Assembly: GCA_002011615.1 (NCBI GenBank)
Contig: MTOH01000018.1
Coordinates: 1,749 to 65,748 of the forward strand
DNA from: Candidatus Hydrothermus pacificus
GTDB taxonomy: Bacteria > Hydrothermota > Hydrothermia > Hydrothermales > Hydrothermaceae
Direction: 5' to 3'
DNA: 64,000 nucleotides
The notes below the pieces were generated by a model, which saw only the letters and a list, made by a program, of their open reading frames with translations, did no database searches and had not been told where the DNA came from. The first letter of the stretch is position 1; every line of letters starts with the position of its first letter. The position numbers were made by a program, and so were the translations under genes. Positions 19,022 through 29,215 of the stretch are shown here, piece after piece.

Positions 19022-22000
19022 TCATGCCTCCAGCTTTAATAAAAGAGAATTTTTAAATAATTTGTTTCGTAAATATTTCATTTTTTTTAAAATTCTTTTA
19101 TCTGGTTTCTGCCTTTTTCTGTGATTTTCCAGCAATTCAAAAGCCTGCATAACTTTTCCTTTCTTTTCATAAATACCTGCGAGGTCAAGAATGTCCTTTT
19201 CTTTTGGTTCAAATCTTTTTTTCATGAATTCTCTATAAACCCTATCCCATAACTGCACAACCTGTTTTTTATCAGAATTTTCCAGAAGTGTGTTGTAGAA
19301 AGTCTTTATATCAACATTTTCAATGTTATTTGAAACATTAAGGTAAAGCCTTATTTTCTCTGCCACATCACTTTCCAGTTTCATGAAACTATTATAAAGT
19401 TCTGATATTCTCTCATCTTTCTTTTTAATCAGCACTTCAAAAACCCTGTAATAAATTTCTCTATCATAGGGTAAATTCTGTATCAGACCACGCAAAAGGT
19501 CGTATTCCTCAAGTATAAACTCCTCTGGTAATTTTAAAAATATCTCCCTGAACTTCTGTATATCTCCTTTCTCAGACAATACTTTTAAAAGAACCTTTTC
19601 ACATTTTTCATAGGTTTTGAATTCCTCAAATTTCTCATATATTTTATCCAGAAATTCAGGCAAACTCTTTTCCAGAAAGAAAAAGCCTCTTGAATCAAAA
19701 ACCCTCAGGAGCAGGGTTCCCAGATAGAAATTATAAGCTTTATCTTCTTTGTAATCTTCCTGAAGTGCTATAAAGAATCTTCTGAATTTAATGATTTTTT
19801 CTTTATCTTCAGGTAATCCCATTTTTTTAACATATTCAAATATCCTTTCTTTTTTATTTTTCGCCATATATATATCAAAAAGCATAATCATGGAATCCCA
19901 TACAGAAAATCCTTTTTCAATGCCTCTTGCGAGCAGATTTTCTACTTTATCTTTCAAATAGTCGGGTATACTTTCAACATTAATGTTTTTAATATGCTCT
20001 ATGTAATCCTCTTCTCCTTTATGAAAAGCAATCAGTGAGCGTAAAAATAGTGGATAAGGTTCATCTTTTTTGTATATAAAATCAAGAAAAGGTTCAAGTT
20101 CCAGGATGCTCTTTTCGGTCTCCACCACATTTTCCACCTCTTCGTATCCCTCTATTTCATTACCCGAAATAATCTCTATACCCGCCTTTGCACATTTTAT
20201 TCCGGGGTCTTCAGGAAACTGTGCCTCTATTGAAACAAGCATATTTCTTATTTTCTGGGATAGTTTCGGGTTCAAAAAGGCAAGATTAAAATAGCACATT
20301 GCCGCCTGCGAAGGTTTTTGATTTAAAAGATAAAGTGTGCCGAGAGTTTGATAGACAAAGGGATTCTTTTTACCCTCTCTTATTTCCTCTTCAAAAAATC
20401 TTATAAGGGGAACAGGGTCAAACTTATATCTTTCTGCAAGCAATTTTTTTATTGACTCCTGGGCATCCTTGATTTTACCGGACTTCCACAGAGCCTGAGA
20501 ATACATGGAAAGTATCTCCCCCTTTAATCTTCTGTCTTTTACATCCAGTATTTTCTCGGCAAAATTTAATGCGGGCTCATAATATTTCTGCATTATGAGT
20601 ATTTCAAGATAGGGAATTGAGAGGTAGATATTTTTCTCCTTACTCATTTTATTTCTCAAAAATGTTGCAACATTCTTCAGAAGTTCTGGCGACTCTCTTA
20701 AAGCAGATATCATCACACCTGCACCCTCTTCTATCCTGCCATCATCAATTAAAATTTTACCTTTTAAAAGCTTTATGTAGGGTGAATCTATTCCTTCATC
20801 TTCCAGTTCTTTTACTCTTTTCCTTACCCATTTAACACCTGCTTTAAAAGCCTTGTAATAATAATCCTCTGCCTCCTTATAATATTCTTTTTTAATACAT
20901 AGCTCTGCTTTTAAAAACTCTATTATACCGTCAGAGAGCTCTTCTTTCTCCTGAACATATCTTATATCATCAATGATTTTCTCAATAAAATCTTTTTTCC
21001 TTTCTCCCAGGTCATCAAGAAAAACAATTATTCTATTTTTTAAATCAGGGAACTTCCTGAAATACTCCAGTAATACCTCTTCGGTTTCCTCTTTGCGGGA
21101 AAGATATAACTCATAAAGTATTTCATAAAAAGATGGGTAGTATAGCAAAACCTCTTTGTTCTCTTCAATAAATTTACCAATATCTTCATTTATTATCTCC
21201 CCTGATTTGCTCAATATGTAATGGACACTATCAAGACCCTCTTCAAATCTTCCACTTTTTAAAAGTGAAAGGGCAAAAATTTCAAGAAGATTTCTATCAT
21301 CAGGTACCTCTTCAATAATCTCATTTAAAACACTGGAAAATTCCGGGTTACTAACCACATCAGGATTTTTATTATAAATCTCAATCAATATATCCCCTGC
21401 TCCTTTCACAGCTTTAATTGCCTCCACAAATTTCCTTAAATATTCATCATTAAATTCCTCCTCAATCACATTTCTCGCGTCTTTCAGAAATTCAACAGTT
21501 TTATCGGGCAAATTTTTTGAAATAAGATAAAATACATCAATTATTTTATTCCTCAATCCTGCCCTTTTAAAATATTCAATCAGATTTCTGGCAATTTCAG
21601 GCTCTGAGGCAGCATTTTCCATATCTATCTTATCAAGAAGAGAAGTCAACTCTTTTTTCTCGAGACCCTCAAGAAAAGGAATTAAATTTCCATAATTTTT
21701 ATCTTTTATTAAAATTTCAGCATAAAATCTTTTTCCCTTTTTTGTTTCAGGAATTTTTTCTGAAAATATTTCTTTTATTGCTTCAAAATAGCTTTCATCC
21801 CTTGTCAAAACATTTTCAAGAATAGCAACCCCCCTATCTTCATTTTCAAAAAGATAAAAAAGTTCTCCTATTATAAAGCTTGCAAAAACCCTGTTTTTAC
21901 CGAATTTAGTTTCTTCTTCTATAACTTCCAGAATCTGTTCTCTTGCATCAGGAAAAAGTCTGAAGGAATCCTTTAATGCTTCTCTTGAATTTTCATAATT

Positions 22001-22522
22001 CCCATACTCCCATTCAATTATGGAGAGAATTAAAAGTCCTCTTAAAAGGCCTTTTGTCGGTCTTTCTATTTCTCTTTTGTAAATCTCATCAACAAATTTC
22101 TTATACCTCTCCCTTAATTTCTCTATTTCTTTTCTGTCAAGATTTTTAAAGAACTCCTTTGCCTCCTTAACCTTGAATTCTTCTATCAGGTTTTCAAAAT
22201 AATGTTCTCTATGTTTTTCAAGACCTATTCTTGAAAGATTTTCAAGAAGTATTTTTTCTGCATCTTTTTTAACCTTTTTGCTTTTTAAGGCTTTTTGAAA
22301 GTAAATAAAGCTGTCCCTTTCTTTATTTGAATAAAGATGGTATTCAAAGGCTTTTAGACTAAGAAGGGGGTTCTCAGGGTGTGATTTTAAAGCTTTTAAA
22401 ATTAAACTTAATGCCTTATCAACTCTTCCTTCACTCTGAAGCTCCTCTGCTTTCTTAACAGTTTTTTCAGGGTCAAGGGCAAAAAAGTCAAACATTACCT
22501 CTTTCTCCTCCCCTTTTGCCAC
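19022..22522 (-). CDS. very large (1166 aa) K/E-rich alpha-solenoid / TPR-like hypothetical protein
   Basis: Long uninterrupted ORF with no signal peptide, helical-repeat character and a few TPR-like units. 28-nt overlap with the secF 3' end and 2-nt gap to the next gene, so it is co-transcribed with secDF. Confidence 0.5.
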   Translation of the reverse strand: MAKGEEKEVMFDFFALDPEKTVKKAEELQSEGRVDKALSLILKALKSHPENPLLSLKAFEYHLYSNKERDSFIYFQKALKSKKVKKDAEKILLENLSRIGLEKHREHYFENLIEEFKVKEAKEFFKNLDRKEIEKLRERYKKFVDEIYKREIERPTKGLLRGLLILSIIEWEYGNYENSREALKDSFRLFPDAREQILEVIEEETKFGKNRVFASFIIGELFYLFENEDRGVAILENVLTRDESYFEAIKEIFSEKIPETKKGKRFYAEILIKDKNYGNLIPFLEGLEKKELTSLLDKIDMENAASEPEIARNLIEYFKRAGLRNKIIDVFYLISKNLPDKTVEFLKDARNVIEEEFNDEYLRKFVEAIKAVKGAGDILIEIYNKNPDVVSNPEFSSVLNEIIEEVPDDRNLLEIFALSLLKSGRFEEGLDSVHYILSKSGEIINEDIGKFIEENKEVLLYYPSFYEILYELYLSRKEETEEVLLEYFRKFPDLKNRIIVFLDDLGERKKDFIEKIIDDIRYVQEKEELSDGIIEFLKAELCIKKEYYKEAEDYYYKAFKAGVKWVRKRVKELEDEGIDSPYIKLLKGKILIDDGRIEEGAGVMISALRESPELLKNVATFLRNKMSKEKNIYLSIPYLEILIMQKYYEPALNFAEKILDVKDRRLKGEILSMYSQALWKSGKIKDAQESIKKLLAERYKFDPVPLIRFFEEEIREGKKNPFVYQTLGTLYLLNQKPSQAAMCYFNLAFLNPKLSQKIRNMLVSIEAQFPEDPGIKCAKAGIEIISGNEIEGYEEVENVVETEKSILELEPFLDFIYKKDEPYPLFLRSLIAFHKGEEDYIEHIKNINVESIPDYLKDKVENLLARGIEKGFSVWDSMIMLFDIYMAKNKKERIFEYVKKMGLPEDKEKIIKFRRFFIALQEDYKEDKAYNFYLGTLLLRVFDSRGFFFLEKSLPEFLDKIYEKFEEFKTYEKCEKVLLKVLSEKGDIQKFREIFLKLPEEFILEEYDLLRGLIQNLPYDREIYYRVFEVLIKKKDERISELYNSFMKLESDVAEKIRLYLNVSNNIENVDIKTFYNTLLENSDKKQVVQLWDRVYREFMKKRFEPKEKDILDLAGIYEKKGKVMQAFELLENHRKRQKPDKRILKKMKYLRNKLFKNSLLLKLEA

Positions 22523-23367
22523 TCATTGACTAAAGATGCAACAACATATATTGAGGAGTATGTTCCTACTGCAATTCCAGCTGCAAGAGCAAGGGAAAAA
22601 TCCTGAAGTATAGGACCACCCAGAAATAAAAGGCAGAGGACAACTATCAATGTAGTTCCTGATGTAATTATTGTTCTTGAAAGAGTCTGGTTTATACTAC
22701 GATTCGCAATTTCTGTAAAATTACCTTTCATTTTCTTGAGATTTTCTCTTATTCTATCCGAAACTATTATTGAGTCGTTTATTGAATAACCTACAATTGT
22801 TAAAAGTGCAGCAATAATAGGAATTGTAATTTCTTTATTTAAAAGAGTTAAAATTCCAAGAGTTATAATAACATCATGAAAAATGGCAATAACTGCAGCA
22901 ACTCCAAAGACAAAGTTAAACCTGAAAGCAATGTAAATAAGCATTAAAGCCATTCCTATAAGTATTGCTTCTATTGCCTTGATTTGAAGTTCCTTGCCTA
23001 TTCTTGGCCCCACTTTTTCTGTTCTTTCAAGAATTATATTTTGTTTTAAACTTTTTCTGAAGTCATTCACAAGGCTGTCAGGGTCAACATCCTCAGAATA
23101 TCTTATAAGATAATCTTTGATAGAACCGTAATTCTGAAGTTCTGCCTTTGCAATACCTATTTTGGCAAGTTCTGCTCTTACATCTCCAGGAGATACATCT
23201 TTTTCAAATCTAATTTGAACAAGTGTCCCTCCTGTAAAATCTATACCATATCTTGGTCCTTTTATAACAAGAATAAGGATACTCGCTAAAACAAAAATCA
23301 CGGAAAACACATAAGCTATAAGTCTTTTTCCGAGAAAATCTATATTGGGTGTTTTGAAAAATTTCAT
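22495..23367 (-). CDS. secF: protein translocase subunit SecF
   Basis: GIDFTGGTLVQIRF and six TM segments with SecF topology. Confidence 0.9.
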   Translation of the reverse strand: MKFFKTPNIDFLGKRLIAYVFSVIFVLASILILVIKGPRYGIDFTGGTLVQIRFEKDVSPGDVRAELAKIGIAKAELQNYGSIKDYLIRYSEDVDPDSLVNDFRKSLKQNIILERTEKVGPRIGKELQIKAIEAILIGMALMLIYIAFRFNFVFGVAAVIAIFHDVIITLGILTLLNKEITIPIIAALLTIVGYSINDSIIVSDRIRENLKKMKGNFTEIANRSINQTLSRTIITSGTTLIVVLCLLFLGGPILQDFSLALAAGIAVGTYSSIYVVASLVNEWQKGRRKR

Positions 23368-23376
23368 CTTTCCTCC

Positions 23377-24954
23377 TTATATATACAGTCTTCGAACTCT
23401 TTTTATGCCAACCATATAGTCAAAAAATATTTTGGTTACAAAAATTGCTGTAAAGAAAGAGCATGCGATTCCAAGAGACAGGGTAAGCCCGAATCCTCTT
23501 ATAGGTCCTGTTCCAAACCACAGAAGAACAAGGGCTGCTATTATGGTGGTGACATTTGCATCAAGAATTGTAATCAATGCTCTTGAATACCCTGTGTCAA
23601 CTGCAGATTTTAAAGATTTACCTGATGCTATTTCTTCCCTTATCCTTTCAAATATCAAAACATTCGCATCAACAGCCATTCCTATTGTGAGAATAAGTCC
23701 TGCAATCCCCGGCAGTGTAAGGGTTCCTCTGAATGCTGCGAGTAGTGCAAGTACAAAAAGCAAATTTAAAACAAGGGCAAAATCAGCAATTGTTCCTGCA
23801 ACCATATAATAAATAATCATGAACACAACAACAAGCCCCATACCCAGTAAGGCAGACCTTACACCTCTTTTAATAGAGTCAGAACCAAGCAGAGGACCTA
23901 CTGATCTTTCTTCAACAAGATTAACAGGTGCGGGAAGTGCACCACTTCTTAAAACTATCGCGAGTTCTTTTGCTTCGTCCATTGATTCCATACCTGAAAT
24001 CATTGCATTTCCACTCGGTATTTTCTCATTTATAACAGGAGCGGACTGAACAAGATTGTCAAGAACTATTGCAAGTCTTTTACCCACATTCTGTTCTGTA
24101 ACTCTCGCAAATATAATCGTTCCTTTTTTATCAAAGGAAAGCTCAACTATTGGCTGTCCCTGATATCTCGGGTCCTGTCCCTGATATATGGTGTGCCTTG
24201 CATCAACTATGTATTCGCCCGTCATTTCCTGCTTTCTTTTCAAAAGATAAAGGGGTCTTACCTTTATTCCTCCCCTTTGTTCTGACCTTCCCCATAAAAA
24301 CACGTAGGCAGATGGCACTATATCCTTAACCTTATCAAGTAATTTTTTAACACTATCAACCTCATCTTCCTTTACCACAATATCCCCTCTATCATATCTC
24401 AAAAGAGAAAGAAAAGGTGAAAACGTCGTATCTGCAAGATTCTCCTGTAATTTTCTCTCTATATTCTGAAAAATCGTCTGCATATCTTCTGGTTCTGCAA
24501 CAAGGTTGAAAGTCAACTGTGCGGTTTTGCCTATAAGTTCTCTTGCCCTCTCCCTATCCATAACACCCGGAAGCTGAACAAGAATTCTGGCATCTCCTAT
24601 TGCCTGAATAGAAGGCTCAAAAACACCCCACTGGTCTATTCTGTTTCTAACAATTTCTATAACTCTATCCCTTGCATCTTTAACTTTTTCAGGAGTAAGA
24701 CCATCCTTCTGGACTTCAAGAAGAAGATGCATACCTCCCTTTAAGTCAAGACCTAAATGTAACGCCCTTTTTCTGAGAGAATTTACCTTTTCTTTTGGCA
24801 TCTTCTGAATCGCTTGAGGACTGAGGGTATAATATTGAATAGAGGGGATAAGAAAAAGAAATGCTATAATAACCACTCCTGCAACAACCAGTATCTTCCA
24901 TCTCAAATTTTTCAATTTTTCCTCCTTTAAAGGATTTTCATTATAAAGTCTCAT
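23377..24954 (-). CDS. secD: protein translocase subunit SecD
   Basis: LGLDLKGGMHLLLEV, large periplasmic domain and C-terminal 6-TM block. Adjacent to secF. Confidence 0.9.
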   Translation of the reverse strand: MRLYNENPLKEEKLKNLRWKILVVAGVVIIAFLFLIPSIQYYTLSPQAIQKMPKEKVNSLRKRALHLGLDLKGGMHLLLEVQKDGLTPEKVKDARDRVIEIVRNRIDQWGVFEPSIQAIGDARILVQLPGVMDRERARELIGKTAQLTFNLVAEPEDMQTIFQNIERKLQENLADTTFSPFLSLLRYDRGDIVVKEDEVDSVKKLLDKVKDIVPSAYVFLWGRSEQRGGIKVRPLYLLKRKQEMTGEYIVDARHTIYQGQDPRYQGQPIVELSFDKKGTIIFARVTEQNVGKRLAIVLDNLVQSAPVINEKIPSGNAMISGMESMDEAKELAIVLRSGALPAPVNLVEERSVGPLLGSDSIKRGVRSALLGMGLVVVFMIIYYMVAGTIADFALVLNLLFVLALLAAFRGTLTLPGIAGLILTIGMAVDANVLIFERIREEIASGKSLKSAVDTGYSRALITILDANVTTIIAALVLLWFGTGPIRGFGLTLSLGIACSFFTAIFVTKIFFDYMVGIKRVRRLYI

Positions 24955-24983
24955 TGAGAGAAAATCAAAAAAAAGTTTATAAT
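24954..24983 (+). promoter_or_regulatory. putative promoter for purF (TTGAGA-18-TATAAT)
   Basis: ttgaga at 24954..24959, tataat at 24978..24983, ATG at 24990. Confidence 0.3.
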
Positions 24984-24989
24984 TAAAAT

Positions 24990-26378
24990 ATGTGCGGAAT
25001 AATCGGATATATTACAAAAAGAAAAAGGAATGATCTGGGCGAGATAGCCTATATAGGTCTTGAAATGCTACAGCACAGGGGACAGGATGCATGCGGAATA
25101 TATTTCACAGACTTGAAAGAAGGCGAAATGATAAAGGGACTCGGTAGTGTGGATAATGTTTTAAACAGAGAAAATATAAGAAAAATAAAAGGCAATATGT
25201 TCATAGGACAGACAAGATATCCCACAACAAAGTCAAAAGAGGAATCACAACCACTGCATTTGAAGATAGGGGATTTATCAATGGTTCACAACGGACATAT
25301 TTACAATGACAAAAAAATAAGAACAATGTATGAGAAAAAAGGAATTATATTTGAAACAGGTATTGACTTAGAGAGCCTGCTTACTTTGTTTGGAGAAGAA
25401 TATCTAAGAAATATAAATAAGGGTGATGAAAAGGCAATAAAAGAAAGTGTTAAAAGAATTTTTAGAGATTTAAAAGGAGCTTATTCACTTCTCGGAATTT
25501 TGAAGAAGAAATATCTTATTGCAATAAGAGACCCCTTTGGAATAAGGCCCCTTTTCATGGGTAAAGATGAAAACTCAATATGTTTTGCATCTGAAACAAT
25601 CGCCCTTGAAAAGCTTGGCTATGAAGAAATAGAAGAGGTAAAAAATGGTGAACTTATTATAATTGATGAAGGTCTGAACACAAAGAGACAGATTATCCTG
25701 TCAGAAAAATACAGATTTTGTTCTTTTGAACTTGTGTATTTTTCAAGGGCCACGTCAAAATATCAAAGAAAACAAATTTTTGAAATAAGGAAAAACCTGG
25801 GCAGGAAACTTGCTGAAATATTTGAAAACAAAAATCAAAGATTGAATATTTCAGAATACATAGTATCTCCTGTTCCTGAAACATCAAGGGCAGCCGCAGA
25901 AGGATTTTCAGAATACTTTCAGGAAAAATACGGGAAGTCTATTTTTAAAGAAGTTCTTGAAAAACACCGATACGGTGGAAGAAACTTTATAAAGCCATCA
26001 GAAGAAATAAGAAAAAAAGAAGTTTTTTATACCCTGACACCCCTTGATGTAAATGTTGAAGATAAAAAGATAATTCTGATAGATGACAGCATAGTAAGGG
26101 GAACAACCTCAAGAAAAATGGTGGAATACCTGAAAACCAATGGAGCAAAGGAATTGCATCTATGCATAACCTATCCTCCCATAAAGTATTCCTGCTTCTA
26201 CGGGATAGACACACCGACAAGGGAGGAGTTAATTGCCCACAATAAAAAGGAAGAACAAATTGCAAAAATTCTCAGAGCAGATTCTTTAACCTATATGACC
26301 CTTGAAGGTTTAAAAAGTGTAATAGGCGAAGACTTCTGCTTTGCCTGCATAACAGGGGATTATATCAACTTAAAATAA
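24990..26378 (+). CDS. purF: amidophosphoribosyltransferase (class II glutamine amidotransferase + PRTase domain)
   Basis: N-terminal MCGIIGY with catalytic Cys1. PRPP-binding motif IILIDDSIVRGTTSRK. Divergent sequence, but the architecture is PurF. Confidence 0.75.
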   Translation: MCGIIGYITKRKRNDLGEIAYIGLEMLQHRGQDACGIYFTDLKEGEMIKGLGSVDNVLNRENIRKIKGNMFIGQTRYPTTKSKEESQPLHLKIGDLSMVHNGHIYNDKKIRTMYEKKGIIFETGIDLESLLTLFGEEYLRNINKGDEKAIKESVKRIFRDLKGAYSLLGILKKKYLIAIRDPFGIRPLFMGKDENSICFASETIALEKLGYEEIEEVKNGELIIIDEGLNTKRQIILSEKYRFCSFELVYFSRATSKYQRKQIFEIRKNLGRKLAEIFENKNQRLNISEYIVSPVPETSRAAAEGFSEYFQEKYGKSIFKEVLEKHRYGGRNFIKPSEEIRKKEVFYTLTPLDVNVEDKKIILIDDSIVRGTTSRKMVEYLKTNGAKELHLCITYPPIKYSCFYGIDTPTREELIAHNKKEEQIAKILRADSLTYMTLEGLKSVIGEDFCFACITGDYINLK

Positions 26379-26396
26379 AGGTCAATTTTCAAGGGC

Positions 26397-26425
26397 TTGA
26401 CAAATTCAAAAAAATCCCGTATTAT
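26397..26425 (+). promoter_or_regulatory. sigma70-type promoter of the TetR/efflux operon (TTGACA-17-TATTAT)
   Basis: ttgaca at 26397..26402, 17-nt spacer, tattat at 26420..26425. Confidence 0.45.
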
Positions 26426-26428
26426 TTA

Positions 26429-26446
26429 TGACTGAATGGTCAGTCA
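26429..26446 (+). promoter_or_regulatory. perfect inverted repeat TGACTGA-N4-TCAGTCA, candidate TetR operator
   Basis: tgactgaatggtcagtca lies between the -10 element and the ATG (26448) of the TetR gene, the classic position for autoregulatory TetR operators. Confidence 0.5.
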
Positions 26447-26447
26447 G

Positions 26448-27050
26448 ATGAATACAAAAGAGATAATCTTAAATGAGGCAGAGAAAATTTTTGGAGAAAA
26501 AGGGTACTATAAAACCCGAATGGAAGATATAGCCAGGTCTGCAAAAATAGCAAAAGGAACAGTTTATCTATACTTCAAATCAAAACAGGACCTCTTTACA
26601 AGCATAATTGAGAAAACTCTTCTGGAATTCCACCATAGAATAAAAAATGCTTCAGAAAACAAAAAAGATGAAATGGCAAAGTTAAAGAATATAATAAGTG
26701 AGATGATAGAGGAGTTTGCCAATAAGGAGATGTTTATGAGAAAGGTGGAAATCCACAGATTAATGGAAGATAAGGATTTAAGAGCAGAATTTAAAAAGAG
26801 AATTTTCCCTATTTTTAAAGGAATAAGCGATTATGCAACAAGTATAATAAAAGAGGGTATTAAAAAGGGTAAAATAAAGGGGAAAAATCCCGAAATAATA
26901 TCCGCATTCATATTCGGTGGAATAAGAAATGCATGTCTTATGCATGACTTTATGAAAAACAAGGAAAGTCTGAATAAAAAAATTATTGAAAAGGAAGTTT
27001 TTAATATAATTGAAAAAGGTCTTTTTAAAAGAAAAAAGGAGGCTTTATGA
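26448..27050 (+). CDS. TetR/AcrR family transcriptional regulator
   Basis: N-terminal HTH (YYKTRMEDIARSAKIAKGTVYLYFKSKQDLF). Start set at the ATG at 26448 (MNTKEII...). The track's ATG at 26436 lies inside the palindrome. Confidence 0.82.
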   Translation: MNTKEIILNEAEKIFGEKGYYKTRMEDIARSAKIAKGTVYLYFKSKQDLFTSIIEKTLLEFHHRIKNASENKKDEMAKLKNIISEMIEEFANKEMFMRKVEIHRLMEDKDLRAEFKKRIFPIFKGISDYATSIIKEGIKKGKIKGKNPEIISAFIFGGIRNACLMHDFMKNKESLNKKIIEKEVFNIIEKGLFKRKKEAL

Positions 27051-28354
27051 TTCTACAGTTTCTTTTGATTTTTTCAATGGTTCTTACAGAAGAGGACGCA
27101 GTCAAAATAGCCCTTGAAAAATCACCCATCCTTTTAGCGGAAAAAGAAAAGATAAATCAAAAAATAGGAGATGAAATAATCTCTATTTCAAATTTCCTGC
27201 CAAAAATCTCTTTAAGTGCAAGTTATTCTTATTCTTCCTTTACAGAGAAGATGACCCAGTATCAGATTGTTGGAATAGATACCGTAACCTGGCAACCAAT
27301 CTATCAATCTTTTGATGTTGAGTTCGGAAAAGCGGAGAGAAAAGGTCTGATTTTATCAATAAACCAGAATGTATTTGACTGGTTCAAATCTGTCCATTCC
27401 TACAGGGCTTCTATAAAAAATAAACTTGCGGAAATACAGAGTTTTGAAGGCAAGAAAATATGGCTTGAGAATGAAGTGAGGAGAATATACACAGAAATAC
27501 TCTTTTTAAAAAAACAGATTGAAATTCTTGAAAAGACAAAGGAGAACTTAAAAGCTCATTATGAGGTTGCAAAAAAAAGATACGAAGAGGGATTTGCATC
27601 AGAACTTGAGTTTCTTCAGGCAGAGATAGCCCTCAAAAACTTCGAACCCCAGATAGAAATTGCAAAACTGGGACTTGAAAAACTAAAAGACCTTTTAAAA
27701 AACCTTTCAGGAATAGAAGAAGAGATAGAGATAAAAGATACAATATCCTTTGAAAAGTTTAATGTTAAAATAGATACCCTTTATGAAAAAGCCCTTTCAG
27801 AAAGAAAGGATATCTTGAGTTTGAAATTGAATATGGAAGCAATTAAAGAGATAATCGAGGTTCAAAAAGGTCTTGATAAGCCAAACCTGTTCTTTTCCTA
27901 TCAGTATCAGTATTCAAGACCATATGGATTTTTCAGGGACGAGTGGGGAGGATATTACACATTGACTTTTGGAGTTTCCTGGAACATATTTGATGGTTTC
28001 TCTACCTATGGAAATGTCAGAAAAAGCGTTGCAAATTACGAGTATTTAAGAAAAAATTTAAAATTTATAAAAGCAAACATTAAAACTGAGATAGAAAATT
28101 CAGTAGAGGCTTTGAATACAAATGAAAAGATAGTTGAAACCCAGAGGGAAAATGTTAAACTTGCTGAAAAGGCTTTAAAGGTTGCAGAAATGCAGTATGA
28201 AAGTGGATGGATTTCCCATGTTGAATACATGGATGCAGAACTCTCTGGATTGAACACAAAGTTAAACCTTTTAAAGGCAATAAAGGAATACAAGATTTCA
28301 AAACTGGACTTAATTAAAACATTAAAGGGTGCAATTCAAACAGGAGGATTTTAA
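27047..28354 (+). CDS. TolC-like outer membrane efflux protein
   Basis: Signal-like N-terminus. Two repeated coiled-coil/beta halves typical of the OEP family. Operon context with MFP and RND genes. Confidence 0.72.
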   Translation: MILQFLLIFSMVLTEEDAVKIALEKSPILLAEKEKINQKIGDEIISISNFLPKISLSASYSYSSFTEKMTQYQIVGIDTVTWQPIYQSFDVEFGKAERKGLILSINQNVFDWFKSVHSYRASIKNKLAEIQSFEGKKIWLENEVRRIYTEILFLKKQIEILEKTKENLKAHYEVAKKRYEEGFASELEFLQAEIALKNFEPQIEIAKLGLEKLKDLLKNLSGIEEEIEIKDTISFEKFNVKIDTLYEKALSERKDILSLKLNMEAIKEIIEVQKGLDKPNLFFSYQYQYSRPYGFFRDEWGGYYTLTFGVSWNIFDGFSTYGNVRKSVANYEYLRKNLKFIKANIKTEIENSVEALNTNEKIVETQRENVKLAEKALKVAEMQYESGWISHVEYMDAELSGLNTKLNLLKAIKEYKISKLDLIKTLKGAIQTGGF

Positions 28355-28355
28355 A

Positions 28356-29213
28356 ATGAAAAACAAAATTTTACTTGTTACAGGAATTTTTCTAATTTTA
28401 GCATCCTGTAAAGGAAGAGAAAAAAATGCGATAAAAGAAAGGATAATTCCTGTTACAGTTACCACACCTCAAAAAAGAGAGCTGGTTAAGGAAATAGTTT
28501 TTACCGCTGATATAGAGGGAAATCCCGATATATACGTTTATCCCGAAATCCCGGGATACTTCTTGAAATACGCGGTCAGAGAAGGTGAAAGGATTGAAAA
28601 GGACGGAATAATCGCATACATTGAAAGAAAAATACCCGGTATGGAATACAAACCAATACCCGTTAAATCACCAATTTCAGGATATGTGTCAGAACTTTTA
28701 AGGGAAAAGGGAGAGTTTGTAACACAGGCAAAGCCGATTGCCAGGGTTGCAAGGTATGGAGAATTATTTGCTGTTTTTTCTCTGCCAGGGAAGTATGCGG
28801 GAAAGATAAGAAGGGGAGAAAGAACAGAGATTATACTTGAAGATGGAAGAAGGGTAAAAGGCACTTTAAGATGGATTTCAAAAACTCTTGAGCCTTTTAC
28901 AAAAACTTTAAAGGTAAAAGTCTTATTTAAAAATCCGGGTGGAATTTATCCGGGAATGGTGTGTGAGGTAAAACTACCCGTTAAAAGAAAAGGAAATGTC
29001 TTATCAATCGAAAAGGACGCGATTCTGGGAGATATTGTAAAGTATGTTTTTGTTAAAAAGGGGAATATTGCAAAGAAGAAAGTGGTTAAGACAGGTATAG
29101 AAAACGAAGAATATGTTGAAATAAAAGAGGGGTTGAATGAAAAGGATACAGTTATTTTAAAAGGAAATAAGGTGTTAAAGGATGGAATGAAAGTCGAGGT
29201 TAAGGAGGAGTAA
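28356..29213 (+). CDS. efflux RND transporter periplasmic adaptor subunit (MFP/HlyD family)
   Basis: Lipoprotein-like N-terminus (MKNKILLVTGIFLILASC), lipoyl/beta-barrel domains, conserved C-terminal region. Start set at ATG 28356, preceded by SD caggagga. Confidence 0.78.
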   Translation: MKNKILLVTGIFLILASCKGREKNAIKERIIPVTVTTPQKRELVKEIVFTADIEGNPDIYVYPEIPGYFLKYAVREGERIEKDGIIAYIERKIPGMEYKPIPVKSPISGYVSELLREKGEFVTQAKPIARVARYGELFAVFSLPGKYAGKIRRGERTEIILEDGRRVKGTLRWISKTLEPFTKTLKVKVLFKNPGGIYPGMVCEVKLPVKRKGNVLSIEKDAILGDIVKYVFVKKGNIAKKKVVKTGIENEEYVEIKEGLNEKDTVILKGNKVLKDGMKVEVKEE

Positions 29214-29215
29214 AA

